Below, piece after piece: positions 1 through 12,590 of a stretch of DNA of 64,000 nt. How positions within the stretch are numbered: the first letter of the stretch is position 1; every line of letters starts with the position of its first letter. Source of the DNA: Camelus dromedarius (lineage: Eukaryota); assembly GCF_036321535.1 (NCBI RefSeq), contig NC_087447.1:44270001-44334000 (forward strand), given 5' to 3'. A program made the translations under genes and the position numbers. The notes beneath the pieces were generated by a model. That model was not told the origin of the DNA. It saw only the letters and a list, made by a program, of their open reading frames with translations, and searched no databases.

Positions 1-365
1 AATTTTTTCTTTTCTGTTTTTTTGGTCAGGATAATACTGATCTTACATAATGAATTGGGAAGTGTGCCCTCCTCATATATTTTGAAAGGGGTTGAGAAGG
101 ATTGGTATTGATTCTTTTTTAAATGTTTGATAGAATTCACCTGTGAAGCCATCTGGTCTTGGACTTTGTATTTTGAGAGGTTTTTGATTACTGATCGAAT
201 CTCTTTGCTGGTAATTGGTCTGTATTTTCATGACTCAGTCTTGGTAGATTGTATGTTTCTAGAAATTTATCCTTTTTTCTGGGTTGTCCCATTTGTTGGC
301 ACATTACTGTTTGTAGTAGTCTCTTTCATTTTCTGTATTTCTGTGGTATCAATTGTAACATCTCT

Positions 366-1236
366 AAGACCTAAACAAGAAATTCTCCAAGGAAGACATA
401 CAAATGATCAATAGGCATATGAAAAAATGCTCAGTATCACTAATTATCAGAGAAATGCAAATCAAAACTATGATGAGGTATCACCTCACACCAGTCAGAA
501 TGGCCATCATTCAAAAATCCACAAATGACAAATGCTGGAGAGGCTGTGGAGAAAGGGGAACCCTCCTACACTGCTGGTGGGAATGCAATTTGGTGCAACC
601 ACTGTGGAAAACAGTATGGAGATTCCTCAAAAGACTAGGAATAGACTTACCATATGACCCAGGAATTCCACTCCTGGGCACAAATCCAAAAGGAACCCTA
701 CTCCAAAATAACACCTGCACCCCAATGTTCATAGCAGCACTATTTACAATAGCCAAGACATGGAAACAGCCTAAATGTCCATCAACAGATGACTGGATAA
801 AGAAGAAGTGGTATATTTATACAATGGAATACTATTCAGCCATAAAAACCGACAACATAATGCCATTTGCAGCAACATGAATGCTCCTGGAGAATGTCAT
901 TCTAAGTGAAGTAAGCCAGAAAAAGAAAGAAAAACACCATATGAGATCACTCATATGTGGAATCTAAAAACAAACAAGCAAAGCATAAATACAAAACAGA
1001 AATAGACTCATAGACATAGAATACAAACTTGTGGTTGCCAAGGGGCCGGGGGGTGGGAAGGGATAGACTGGGATTTCAAAATTGTAGAGTAGATAAACAA
1101 GATTATACTGTATAGCACAGGGAAATATATACAAGATCTTATGGTATCTCACAGAGAATAACTGAAAAATTGTGCTCTACACTGGAATTTGACACAACAT
1201 TGTAAAATGATTATAAATCAATAAAAAATGTTAAAA
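366..1236 (+). mobile_element. Young 5'-truncated LINE-1 (ORF2 C-terminus plus 3'UTR)
   Basis: ORF 404-880 is the L1 ORF2 C-terminal Cys-rich region ([18 protein letters not shown]...YSAIK). A-rich tail. Perfect 15-bp TSD AATTGTAACATCTCT at 351-365 and 1237-1251. Confidence 0.95.
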
Positions 1237-2926
1237 AATTGTAACATCTCTTTCATTTCTGATTTTATCTATTAGAGTCCTCTCTCTTTTTTATTGGTGA
1301 GTCTAGCTAAAGGTTTACCAGTTTAATTTATCTTTTCAGGAAACCAACTCTTAGTTTCTTCGATCTTTTCTATTGTCTATTTTTCTGTATTTCATTTATT
1401 TCCACTTTGATCTTTGTTATTTCCTTCCTTCTAACTTCGGGCTTTATTTGTTCTTTTTCCAGATCTTTGAGGTGTAAAGTTAGGTTGTTTAGTTAGTTGA
1501 GGTCTTTCTTGTTTCTTCACATAGCCATGTATTGCTATGAACTTCCCACTTAGAACTTCTTTTGCTGCATTCCATAAGTTTTTTCTATGTTGTATTTCCA
1601 TTTCCATTTGTCTCTAGGCATTTTTTTATTTATCTTAATTTCTTTTTTGACCCAATGGTTGTTCAATATCATGGTGTTTAATTTCCACATATTTGTGAAT
1701 TGTCCAGTTTTCCTTTTGTAATTGGTTTCTAGTTTCATACCATTATGGTCAGAAAAGATGCTTGATATGATCTCAATCTTATTAAATTTATTAAGACTTG
1801 TTTTGTGCCCTAACACATGAAGTATCCTGGAGAATGTTCCAAGTGCCCTTGAGAAGAATGCGTATCCTATTGCTTTTGGATGGAATGTTCCATATTTGTG
1901 TAAGTCTATCTGGTCTAACATATCATTTAAGGCCCAGATTCCCTATTGATTTTCTACCTGGATGATCTATCCATTGATGAAATTAAGGTTATTAAAGTCC
2001 CCTACTATTATTGTATTGCTGTTTATATCTCTCTTAAGGTCCTTTAGTATTTGCTTTATAGATTTGAGTACTCCTAGTTGGGTGCATAAATAGTTACAAA
2101 TGTTGTGGATTGACCCCTTTATCATTATGTGATGACCTTGTTTGTCTCATTGCATTCATCTCTCTCTCTCCTTCTGGGATCCCTATAATGCAAATGCTAT
2201 TCTGCTTGATGTCTTTAAGTCCTTTAAGGTATCTTCATTCTTTTTTATTCTCTTTTCTTTCTGCTGCTCTGAGTTCACTGACCCTTTCTTATACTTCTGA
2301 TCTGCTTTTGAACCCCTCTAGTATATTTTCTACTTTGGTTATTGTGTTCTTCAGTTCTGTGACTTCTGTTTGTTACTTTCTTATATTCTCTATCTCTTTG
2401 TTTAAATTTTCACTTTGTTCATCCATTGTTCTCAGTGAATGTCTATAGGACCGTTATTTTTAACTTTATCAGGCAAATCACTTACCTCCATTTCATAAGG
2501 TCTTTTTCTGAAGCTTTATCTTATTCTTCATTCAGAACATATTCTTCTGCTTCTTCATTTTCCTTGACTCTGTGTGGATTTCTATACATTAGATAAAACG
2601 GCCACCTCCCTCAGTCTTGAAGGAGTGGCCTCGTGTAGGAGATAAAACTTATTGTTCAATGCTACCCTAGCTCTTGGTTGTCTCTCAAGCCTTTGTGATT
2701 GTCCAAGCAGCCAGTTTGATTGTCGGTGGGCTCCCTGTAGTTGAGGATATGCCAAGAGCCATCAGTGTCCCAAAGAGGAGATCCCTATTAGTACCTAGAG
2801 TCAGGTTAATTGGAAGACAGACCCATAGGCAGCAACTTTTAAATTATTCAAATATACCTCTTTAAGGGAAGACCTAATGAGCATTTTTATCTGCATTGAG
2901 TTCTGGGTTGATAACAAATTCAGAAT

Positions 2927-3371
2927 GGTTGACTGAAAAAAAAGGCACAACCTAAAAGCTAAGAATTATGTTTTATTTGATGGACAAAACTGAGGACCTA
3001 AGCCCTGAAGACAGCCTTTCAGGTAGTTCTGAGGAACTTCTCTGGAGCGGTAAGAGAGGAGCCAGGATATATAGGAGTTTTGCAACAAAGACCAGGTAGT
3101 TGGGACATCAAAAGATTACCATTAATTAAAGCAAATGGACATCTCAATTTAATGAATTTAAATTGTATGGGAAGATGCAAGAGTCTGGGCTCACTGAAGT
3201 CATTTCCTTGATATTCACCTTAGCTATGAAGGGCCAGTATCCTGTTCTTTCCGATCCTGAGTCCCCTCAGGGGACACAGCTGGGGAGGGGGAGGGGGCTG
3301 CAGTGCCTGCTGGCTTGATGGTTGCAACATCTTTTGTTTACTGACATGGCAGACAACATTTTTCATCCAAA
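2927..3371 (-). mobile_element. Solo ERV1-class LTR, MER41-like
   Basis: About 445 bp, homologous along its length to 5320-5770. Reverse-strand TATA (ggatatatag) and polyA signal (ttttatt) lie in LTR order. Family name from recall. Confidence 0.7.
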
Positions 3372-3372
3372 A

Positions 3373-4900
3373 CTATCATCCCATTGAACCCATGAACACA
3401 AATCTCACTGGCCACCAGAGCCAGGCTATCGAGGGATGTGTCCTCTGGGTGGCGGTCACAAAAGTCAGTGTGCCAGGTGTGTATACAAGCTCTTTTCTCA
3501 AAGACACAGATGGCCTGGAGAGGGGCAGAGGGAGAAGGCACATAGCACTGGCTAGCTCCCTCAAGCTCTGGAGAGGACCCTGGTCAGCCCTTCAATGTGT
3601 GTCTAACTAGAAGCCCATCCCTTAGGCCACAGCAATGAAGATAAGTTTATAGGTTTCTTTCCCAGAAGGACAGGGGTATATTTCAGCCTGCTGTCTCTGT
3701 GCTGTGCCCTGGGGGCAGTAGCCAGTTAAGAAATGTTTCTCTATTTTTTATAGTCCTACAGGACCCACAAACATAAGGACCACTGGCCACCAGAGCCAGG
3801 CGATCCAAGGGCATCCCCTGGGTGGGAGCCACAGCAACTGGGGCACCAGATGTGCACAAACTCCTTTCCGGGAGACACTGGTGACCTGGAGCCCACTGGT
3901 GATGCATAGAGGGTGTGAGGAACGTGGCCACCTTCCATGGTCTCTGAAGAGGATCACATTTGGCTCTTAAAGTGTATTTAATTAGAAGCCTGACCTTCAG
4001 GTTGAAGCTTTAAGGTAAGCTAACAGGACTCTTTCACAGAAAGACTGAATGCCTTTGTCTGTTGCCTCTCTGTGCCCTGGGGTATAGCTGGTTAAGAACT
4101 GTTTCTCTGCATATAATAGTCCTATGGAACCCATGAACCTAAACCCCACTGGCCACCAGAGCCAGGCAAACAACGGACATCTCCTGGGCAGCAGCCACAT
4201 AAACCTGGGCACCAGACATTTGCATAAACTCCCTTCTGGGAGTACTGGTGATCTGGAGGGCAGCAGAGGGAGAGCTCGAAGATAGTGCCTACCCTCTGAG
4301 GTCGCTGGAGACGATTACAATGAGCCTTTCTCTGTGAGTTTACTAAGAAACCTGGCCCTCTCCTGCACTTATGAAGATAAGATAACAGACCTCGTTTACA
4401 GAAAGACTGGGCACTGCAATCCAGTGCTTTCCGCTGTGCCCTGGGGTATAGCTCTTTCTCCATTTGTCATAGTCCTATGGGACTTGTGAGTATAATCTTT
4501 GCTGGCCACCAGAACCAGGTGATCAAGAAGTGTCCCCTGGGTGACAGCTACAAAAATTGGGGTGCCAGACAAGTGCGCTAGCTCCTTTCCAAGAGATACC
4601 AGTAAGCTGGAGTGAGGCAGGCACCCGCTGGTCTCAGTCTTTGTAGAGTATTTCAGTAGATCCTTAGATGTGTGTTAAATTAGATGCCTCCCCTCGGGGT
4701 GATGCTTTAGTTAAGCAAATAGGCCTACTTCACAGAAAGTCTGAGCACTTTTCTGTGTCAGGCCTTGGGATGAGTGCTTCTGCACTGGTGCTTTAAAACT
4801 GTTTCTCAGATTGCTATAGCCTTGTGGGTCTCATGGACACAAGCCCTGTTGGCTTGCAAAGCTAGATGTTTTGGGGGCTTGTCTCTCAGGTGCAGGTCTT
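3373..4900 (-). repeat. Degenerate tandem array of ~350-375-bp units, probably L1 5'UTR monomers
   Basis: Motif CTGGCCACCAGA(G/A)CCAGG starts at 3408, 3783, 4149 and 4502, with a decayed copy near 4849. Other co-periodic motifs include cagaaagactg and tgtgccctgggg. Confidence 0.85.
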
Positions 4901-5319
4901 AAAATTAGGGTGGCAGGTGTGGGTTTAAACCCGTCACTCCTTAGGGAGAAGCTTGGGGTTGGGGGTTCTCTCTCGATTGTGGGTTGCTGTGCTGGGGATG
5001 GGTTTATGGCAAGATTGTGTCTCAGCCTCTCCCAGCTTGGTTTTCCTCATTCTCTCGATGTGTAGGGGTTGCTGATCTCATTTATGGGTTTCTTTCAGGG
5101 GAAATTGTTCCATACGCAGTTGTAGATTCAGCACATCTGCGGCAGGAGGCGAGTTCAGGATCCTCCAACTTTGCCGTCTTGAACCAGAATTCCCTTGCTT
5201 CTCTTTCTTTGGATTCAGCTGGAGGTATTGTTGGTGGTCATCTATTGAAGAGCTTCACCTTTGTTCTTTTTTCCCTTGAGCTATTTGGGGGAGGATTTTC
5301 AGAGTATTTGTTATAGAAG

Positions 5320-5770
5320 TGTCAACTGAAAAAAAAATGCACACCTAAAAGTTAAGATTATGTTTTATTCAGTGACCTTACTGAGAACTCTAGCCCAGAT
5401 GTAGCCTTTCAGATAGCAGCTCCGAGGAACAGTTCCAAAGAGGCCAGAGGGGAGCCAGGATATATAGGCGTTTTTGCTGAAAGCAAAACAAAACTATGTA
5501 GTTGAACATCAAAAGATTACTGCTAATCACAAAAATAGACATCTCAAGTTAATAATTTTAGCGCTTTTCTATGTATGGGAAGATTCGAGTCTGAGCTCAT
5601 TGAACTTATTCCTTTGATGTGCATCTTAACTATCTAGGGCCGGTATCCTGTGTTTCTCGCTCCTGAATTTCCTCAGGGGGAACCATCAGGGGGCTGCAGT
5701 GACTGACGGCTTGATGGTGGGCAACATTCGTTCTTTACTGAAATGTCAGGCGACTTTTTTTTTGTCTACA
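5320..5770 (-). mobile_element. Solo ERV1-class LTR, MER41-like
   Basis: TG...CA termini; diverged paralogue of 2927-3371 (shared gagccaggatatatagg, catcaaaagattac, tgtatgggaagat). Confidence 0.75.
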
Positions 5771-5789
5771 CAAATATCCCACATCCAGC

Positions 5790-6240
5790 TGTAAGTCAGG
5801 ATAGTAGAGATAGTATAGATTGTGGTGTACTTCATCCAGCAAAATCTCAGTGGCTTTCGTCAACTATGGTTTATATTTTACTTACGCAGCATTTTCAGCG
5901 TGGCTTTAGTGCAGTGTTTCTCCATGTTTTCTTCACAGGAGGACCCAGGAAAATGGAGCATCTTCTATATGGAACACTGCCTCAGGGCTGAGGAGGAGTG
6001 CAGAGGTGGCAAACCACAGAATGGCGGTTAAAGCTTCAACTCTGAAAGAGCATACACTTCCACCCATATTTCATGGACCAAAGGAAGTCACATGGCCAAA
6101 TCTTAATCTAGCCAAAAGAGATGGAAAATTCTTGCACAGAGGAGAGGTACAGCAAGTCACGTGGTCAAGTTGGAGCCCAGCAGTGCAGGGATATATAATT
6201 GTTCTATAGAGAAAAGAACTGTAAACTGTAATACAACATG
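5790..6240 (-). mobile_element. Ancient MaLR (MLT1-type) LTR remnant
   Basis: Motifs such as aaatctcagtggct and aagtcacatggccaa resemble old MLT1 LTRs (recall). Confidence 0.45.
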
Positions 6241-6710
6241 TCCCACTCTCTGCATTAACTTCTGGAAGGTTAAAATTTCTTAATTGAAATGGGTACTTTT
6301 CAACAAATGTCTTATTATTTAATATTCAGATAATACAGCCATGTAGATGGATTGGCAAAAAGCACATTCATCTGTAACAGATTCTTGACTTTGTTTCACT
6401 GTGACTGTTGTTACTGAAATTCATCAGTTTGGTTTTACTGAGAGGTAGAAAATGTTGTTACATCAGTACTATATCTGTGCTACCTTCTGTTGAAACTGGT
6501 AGCTCCATCATCTTTTTCTTTTTTTTTTTTTTAACATTCCATCTATTTTCTCTAAAAATATATTTGATAAGCCAATATTTTCTCCTGTAAAGATTTCAGT
6601 TTTTTCAAGTACTGATACGTTTCTAAAATTTATTTCTAACTCTGGAAATAAATTTAACCTCTCAGTATTTTATTTTTGAAGTTATAACACTTTAAAATAA
6701 TATGTATGCA

Positions 6711-6825
6711 TGAATAAATGTATGTTTATGTATAACTGAAAAATTGTGCTCTACACTGGAATTTGACACAACATTGTAAAATGACTATTACTCAATAAAA
6801 AATGTTAAAAAAAATTAAAAAATAG
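6711..6825 (+). mobile_element. Very short L1 3' tail insertion
   Basis: Matches the end of the L1 at ~1160-1236. Perfect 15-bp TSD AATAATATGTATGCA at 6696-6710 and 6826-6840. Confidence 0.9.
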
Positions 6826-7029
6826 AATAATATGTATGCAGCAAGTCAAAAATTTTAACAAAAGTTGACTCATATTGACACAATTTCACAGAAATAAGCA
6901 ATAACTTTTGTGTAATTAGGGAATCATTATATAGTGATCCTTATGTCTACAACATTTACTCTGGATTACTGATGATAAATGAATGGAAGTATTATAATAT
7001 GATGCCTATCATATTAAAAATACTTGTTG

Positions 7030-8750
7030 ATTAAACAGAAACAGACTCACAGACATAGAAAATAAACTTATGGTTACCAGAGGGAGAAGGGGTTTACTGA
7101 TTCTGTCCACTAAATACAACTAAAAACCCTGGGCATCATATACAAAACAAACATAAGTCTCTGAAAGGTGGAGAAAAGAAGGCTGACTAGCTAGGAACAT
7201 TGTAGACCAAGAAATGAAAAGGTAGTGTGTTTCCTGGGTTTGTTTTCAGCTTCATATATCCTAGTCCTGATATTGTAAAAGCTAGAAATCTGGAAATCTA
7301 ACAGGTACAAACAAAAAAGCCCCAACCAAAATGTGCTCTCTCTAGCCAATCGACCAAGAAATGGGAAACCTAGCGAGACAGTAATGTTTTAGACAATAAC
7401 CACTCTACTTCATCCAAACACAACAGGAAAAACCGTGGTCCTATTCCTATCCATAGTAGCCAAGGCTGAGGAGTCTAGACTTCCATCCTCACCAGGCTGG
7501 GTAGGAGTCAGGAATTTCATCCCCACTGCCACCAGGTGTCAGAGGAGAGCCTAGAGTTCCACACCCATTGAGCAGTGATAAGGAGCCCCTCTCTCATTTT
7601 TTTTTTTAATTGAAGTATAGTCAGTTACAATATGTCAATTTCTGGTGTACAGCATAATATCCTAGACATGCATATATATACACATATATTTGTTTTCATA
7701 TTCTTTTTCACTAAAGGTTATTACAAGATATTGAATATAGTTCCCTGTGCTGTACAGAAGAAATTTGTGTTTTGTCTATTTTTATATATGGTGGCCATCA
7801 TTTGCAAATAAGGTACCCCCCTCTCTTATTGGTATCCTTGTGTCAGAAGATCCCTGCTGGAGAATCAGGACTCAGAAATCAGAATCAACAAAAAAGCCTA
7901 GAACTAAAAGTGGGTTCAGAAAGATCACAGGATACAAAATGAACATACAAAAACTCAAGTGTATTTCTATGCAGTTGCAATGAATACAAAGACTCTGAAA
8001 CTAATAACACAATATTTAGAAGTATTTAGGTGGTATAAATCTAAAAACACATTTACAAGACTTGTATGCTGAAAACAAATACACAATGCTGATGAAGGAT
8101 GAATGAAGCTCTAAATGAAAGGAGGAACATACTGTGTTCATGGACTGGAATGTTGAAGATAGTAATGATGTCAATTCTCCCCAAACTGAGACACACGTTT
8201 AATGCAATTCATCTCAAAATAAGAGCAAGATTTTTTTTTGGCACATGAAAACTCTACACAAATGTTTATAGCAGCTTTATTCATAATCGCATGAACTCGA
8301 AACAACACAAATGTCCTTCAACTGGTGCATGTTTAAACAAACTGAAGCCCACCCATTAAATGTAGCACTACTCAGCGGCAACAACAACAAATTGATACAC
8401 ACACAACCTGAATGAAACTCTCCAGTGAATTATGCTAAGTGGAAAAAGCCCATTCCAAATGATTACATAATGTATGAATCCATTTACAGAGCATTTCTGA
8501 AATGACAAATAATAGAAACGGAGAACAGACAGCAGTTACCAGGGCTTAAGAAAGAATTGAGGCAGGAGAGAAATGGGTCTTCCTGTAAAAGGGCACCAGG
8601 AGACCCTTGTGGTGAAGATATTCTGTATCCTGCCTATTACCATGTGGATAACCTGTCTGTGATAATGTACCATAGTTTTACAACATCTTACCATGTGGGA
8701 AACTGGGCAAAGTGTACATGGATTCTTTCTGTACTATTTCTCTTAACTAT
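7030..8750 (+). mobile_element. Fragmented ancient L1M remnants, with a nested reverse L1 tail at ~7597-7800
   Basis: Decayed ORF2-like segment (7900-8230) and 3'UTR-like segment (8240-8750). PolyT-led reverse tail at 7597. Confidence 0.6.
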
Positions 8751-8885
8751 TTAATAGTTTTTAGTTTAGTACTCTTATTTTTCTTAAGTATAATCATATA
8801 TGCAAATAATATTTTTGCAGCTATCTTTTCAATAGTTATTATTCACTTTTTTCAGGTTCTATTGTATTAACAAAAACTGCCAAAG

Positions 8886-10276
8886 GAGATAAGAATATAC
8901 AATGGAGAAAACACAGTCTCTTCAATAAGTGGTGCTGGGAAAACTGGTCAGCTGCATGTAAAAGAATGAAATCAGAGGTTTCTCTAACACCATATACAAT
9001 GATAAATTCAAAATGGATTAAAGACCTAAATGTAAGACCGGATACTCTAAAACTCCTAGAGGAGAACATAGGCAGAATACTCTTTGACATAAATTGCAGC
9101 AAATTTTTTTCGAACCAGCTCCTAGAGTAATGAAAATAAAACAAATGGGACCTAATTAAACTTAAAAGCTTTTGCACAGCAAAGGAAATCATAAACAAAA
9201 CAAAAAGACAACCTACAGAATGGGAGAAAACATTTGCAAATGACACAACCAACAAAGGATTAATTTCCAAAATATACAAACAGCTCAAAGAGCCTAATTC
9301 CAGAAAAACAAACAACCCAAACAAAAAATGGGCAGAAGACCTAAATAGACATTTCTCAAAAGACATGCAGATGGCCAAAAGGCATATGAGAAGATGCTCA
9401 ATATTGCTAATATTAGAGAAATGCAAATGAAAACTACAATGAGGTATCACCTCATACCAGTCAGAATGGCCATTATTAAAAAAACCTACAAATAATAAAT
9501 GCTGGGGAGGGCATGGAGAAAAAGGAATCCTCCTACATTGTTGGTGGGAATATAAATTAAACTGGTGCAGCCACTATGGAGGACAGTATGGAGGTTCCTT
9601 AAAAAACTAAAAATAGACTTATCACATACTCCAACAATTCTACTCCTGGGCATATATCTGAGAAAATTTTAATTCAAAAAGACATGTGCACCCCAATGTT
9701 CACAGCAGCACTATTTATAATAGCCAAGACATGGAAGCAACCTAAATGTCCACTGACAGATGACTGGATAAAGAAGATGTCAGATTTTATATTTATATAA
9801 ATGAATATTACTCAGCCACAAAAAAGAATGAAATAATGCCATTTGCAGCAACATGGACAGACCTAGAGATTATTATACTAAGTTAAGTAAGTCAGACAGA
9901 GAAAGGTAAATATCATATGATATCACTTATATGTGGAATTTTTAAAAAATGATTCAAATTCTATTTATAAACCAGAAATATACTCACAGATATAGAAAAC
10001 AAACTATGGTTACCAAATGGGAAAGGGTGGGGGAGGGATAAATCAGGAGTTTGGGATTAACAGATACACATGACTATGTATAAAATAGATAACAAGGACC
10101 TACTATATAGCACAGGGAACTACATCCAATTTCTTGTAATAACATATAAATGAAAAGAATCTGAAAACAAAAAGTATATACAGGTATGTACATGTATAAC
10201 TGAATTGCTTTGCTGCACACCTGAAACTAACATTGTTAATCAAATACACTTCAGTAAAAGAAAATAAAATTTTTTA
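8886..10276 (+). mobile_element. 5'-truncated LINE-1 (ORF2 3' part plus 3'UTR), intermediate age
   Basis: Clear homology to the L1 at 32229-33195. 14-bp TSD AAAAACTGCCAAAG at 8872-8885 and 10277-10290. Confidence 0.92.
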
Positions 10277-10404
10277 AAAAACTGCCAAAGTAACATGAAA
10301 TAATAGGGATAAAGAATATTTTCCCTGTTTTCTGTTTTGATAAGAACGTATCTAGTATTTTCCCATTTGGTATATGCATTTGGTTACAAATAGACATAGA
10401 CACC

Positions 10405-10706
10405 ATAAGCCCTTATCTGCAGTTGCAAAATCCAAGCAGCTTTGGAAACCGAGAATTTTTTTCCTAATTTAGGGGTCTTAACACACTGGATGAAAAAATC
10501 AGTTATGAACTATTTATTTATTGTCTTTATTCCACATTGTATAGTCATATATTTTGCTGTAGAGCTACTAATGTGTTGATTATAGGACACTGCTTCAGAA
10601 CTCTCTGAGGTGATCGGAAACAGATAGTGTAAGCAGCATATTACTTTTCCAAAACCTGAAAAATCCAAGTGCCCCATTTGTTTTGGATAAAGAAATTTAA
10701 ACCTGT
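10405..10706. mobile_element. Ancient Tigger-type DNA transposon remnant (MER46-like)
   Basis: Degenerate inverted termini (cccttatc... / ...ggataaag...acctg-ta). Family from recall. Confidence 0.45.
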
Positions 10707-11440
10707 ATTTTTTTGTCTTAAGGATGAATCCCCTCTGTCCTCATGGGTTTTAAGTTTATCTAGTGCATTTAACAGTATATATATTGAAATGATTATGGCT
10801 TGTTTTATTCAGCCTATGGATATGGTCTGTTGGCTGACAATAATCAAAGGCAAACTGACATTAACTTCAAAAAATCTAAACGTTTGCAAACATTCCTCAT
10901 TTAAACAATAGGAACGTATCAACCAAATCAATGCTAATTCAATCAGCTGCTGAATCTGATAGTTTTTCAACTAACAGAGTAGAATGTCAATAATACGCAC
11001 ATACTTATTTTCCTTCATTCACAATAGGGTTTACTACAATGTCTGTGGCATATGCTTTTATTCAAAATTAGGTTTTTATTTTAAGAGCATTTATAGATAT
11101 TCTTTTATGTTCTACCCCTCCTCACTGCTGCATCATTTTCTTATGCCCTGGCTGCTTCCCCATGGTTTCTGCAGTATTTTTTCCATTCCTAGAGAACTGA
11201 GTTTTGTCCCTATCAGGGGGCCAGTGGCGCTTATGGACAGCACACTGATCCAGACCATGATAAGCCCCCAATCATATTCATTTTGTTCTGATTATTCAAA
11301 ATTTGAGAACTGTTTCCTCCCAATTACTTGTAAGAATCTCTTAAACTCAGAATCACAAAGATCTTTCTTTTACATCTCCAATGACCCCACTAATAACCCC
11401 TCTCCATTCTCAACAGACTCAGATTTAACAAGTATGTCTT

Positions 11441-11650
11441 TTTTTTTAAACATTTTTTATTGAGTTATAGTCATTTTACAATGTTGTGTCAAGTTCCAGT
11501 GTAGAGCACAATTTTTCATTTATACATGAACATACATATATTCATTGTCACATTTTTTTCGCTGTGAGCTACCACAAGAGCTTGTATATATTTCCCTAGG
11601 CTATGCGGTATAATCTTGTTTATCTATTCTGCACATGCCTACAAATTTTG
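11441..11650 (-). mobile_element. Short L1 3' tail insertion
   Basis: Reverse complement of the young L1 3'UTR. TSD AACAAGTAT(G/T)TCTT at 11427-11440 and 11651-11664. Confidence 0.85.
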
Positions 11651-11669
11651 AACAAGTATTTCTTGAACA

Positions 11670-11850
11670 CTAGCTAACATTTATAGAGAAAAACTGTGTT
11701 CCAGGTGCCATTCTAAGAAACTTTCATCCATATATTTCTTTAATCTTCATAATTCTGTGAGGTGGGTATTAGCATTATTCCCATTTTACAGATAAGAAAA
11801 CAGAGGCACAGAGAAGTTAAATCATTTTTCCAAGTCACATAATTGGACAT
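11670..11850 (-). mobile_element. MIR SINE remnant
   Basis: MIR core cccattttacagataagaaaacagaggcacagagaagtta. Further MIR-like remnants near 12160-12330, 23400-23610, 27130-27300, 30440-30540 and 55425-55620. Confidence 0.75.
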
Positions 11851-12441
11851 AAGCAGCGAGATGGGGGAGCCATGATTAACCTCTACTTACACTGCTTACT
11901 GGGGACTGAGATTGTGCCAAACCTTTTCACAAACTTTGTTCCTCAAAACATCTGTAATATATGTCATTATCGTTTTATGGAAAATTAACTGATATATAAC
12001 AAAAGCCTAGATTAAAGGAAATATCAATTACAAACATGGAACTAAAACCCAGAAACTCTCTCAACTCAGTGCTTCTTCTATGACATTGTGGAATTAAGGA
12101 ATGCTACCCATACGGGTTCAGGAGGTAAAGGAAGGAACAGTGCAGCATTGTTGAGACTCTATCATGTTCCAGGTGCTCTCTATGTATCATAACGTTTACT
12201 CTTCTGTGAGCTATATTAATCCCATTTTATAGGTTAGGAATCTAAGGCCAAAAAAACTATGTAAACTGCTCAAGATGACATAATTGAGCTAGGATATAAA
12301 CTCAGATTTGCCTGGCCTAAAGCCAAACGTTTTCCTTGGAGCTGGAATGTTGCATGATAAAAAAAAGTGGAATTTGCAAAGGAAGGAGAAGGCAAGGGGA
12401 GAAACTAGAGGTTGTAGGGGTATTGTGACATCCTCCCAGTC

Positions 12442-12444
<3 letters not shown>

Positions 12445-12502
<58 letters not shown>

Positions 12503-12590
12503 AGTTCAGTCAGTTACAATGTGTCAATTTCTGGTGTATAACACAATGTCCCAGTCATGCTTATACATACATATATTCCTTTTCATATTC
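12445..12590 (-). repeat. (ATT)n microsatellite forming the tail of a short reverse L1 3' fragment
   Basis: About 19 ATT units at 12445-12502, directly followed by an L1 tail similar to 7610-7700. Confidence 0.85.

Larger units (their letters stand above)
1..5200 (-). mobile_element. Old, degenerate, interrupted LINE-1: ORF2 5' part, ORF1 remnant and 5'UTR, antisense
   Basis: ORF 1550-1921(-) reads as the L1 endonuclease region (FHPK...FFS..GTFSRI.H.LGHKTSLNKF.KIEIISSIFSDHNGMKLE). The T-rich + strand fits antisense L1. Interrupted by a young L1 (366-1236) and an LTR (2927-3371). Right boundary approximate. Confidence 0.8.

Noticed and set aside
404..880. 158-aa and 188-aa (32684-33250) ORFs as host genes
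   Set aside because: They are L1 ORF2 C-terminal fragments in truncated insertions.
3408..4520. CRISPR-like repeat-spacer array
   Set aside because: Mammalian DNA, a ~360-bp period, homologous 'spacers' and no cas genes.
2927..5770. The two LTRs as the ends of one provirus
   Set aside because: The LTRs are too diverged, the interior is the L1-associated array, and no PBS, PPT or shared TSD is visible.
8839..9450. 203-aa hydrophobic minus-strand ORF
   Set aside because: Antisense reading of A-rich L1 ORF2, a common artefact.
12308..12541. Poly-isoleucine ORF
   Set aside because: Translation of the (ATT)n microsatellite.
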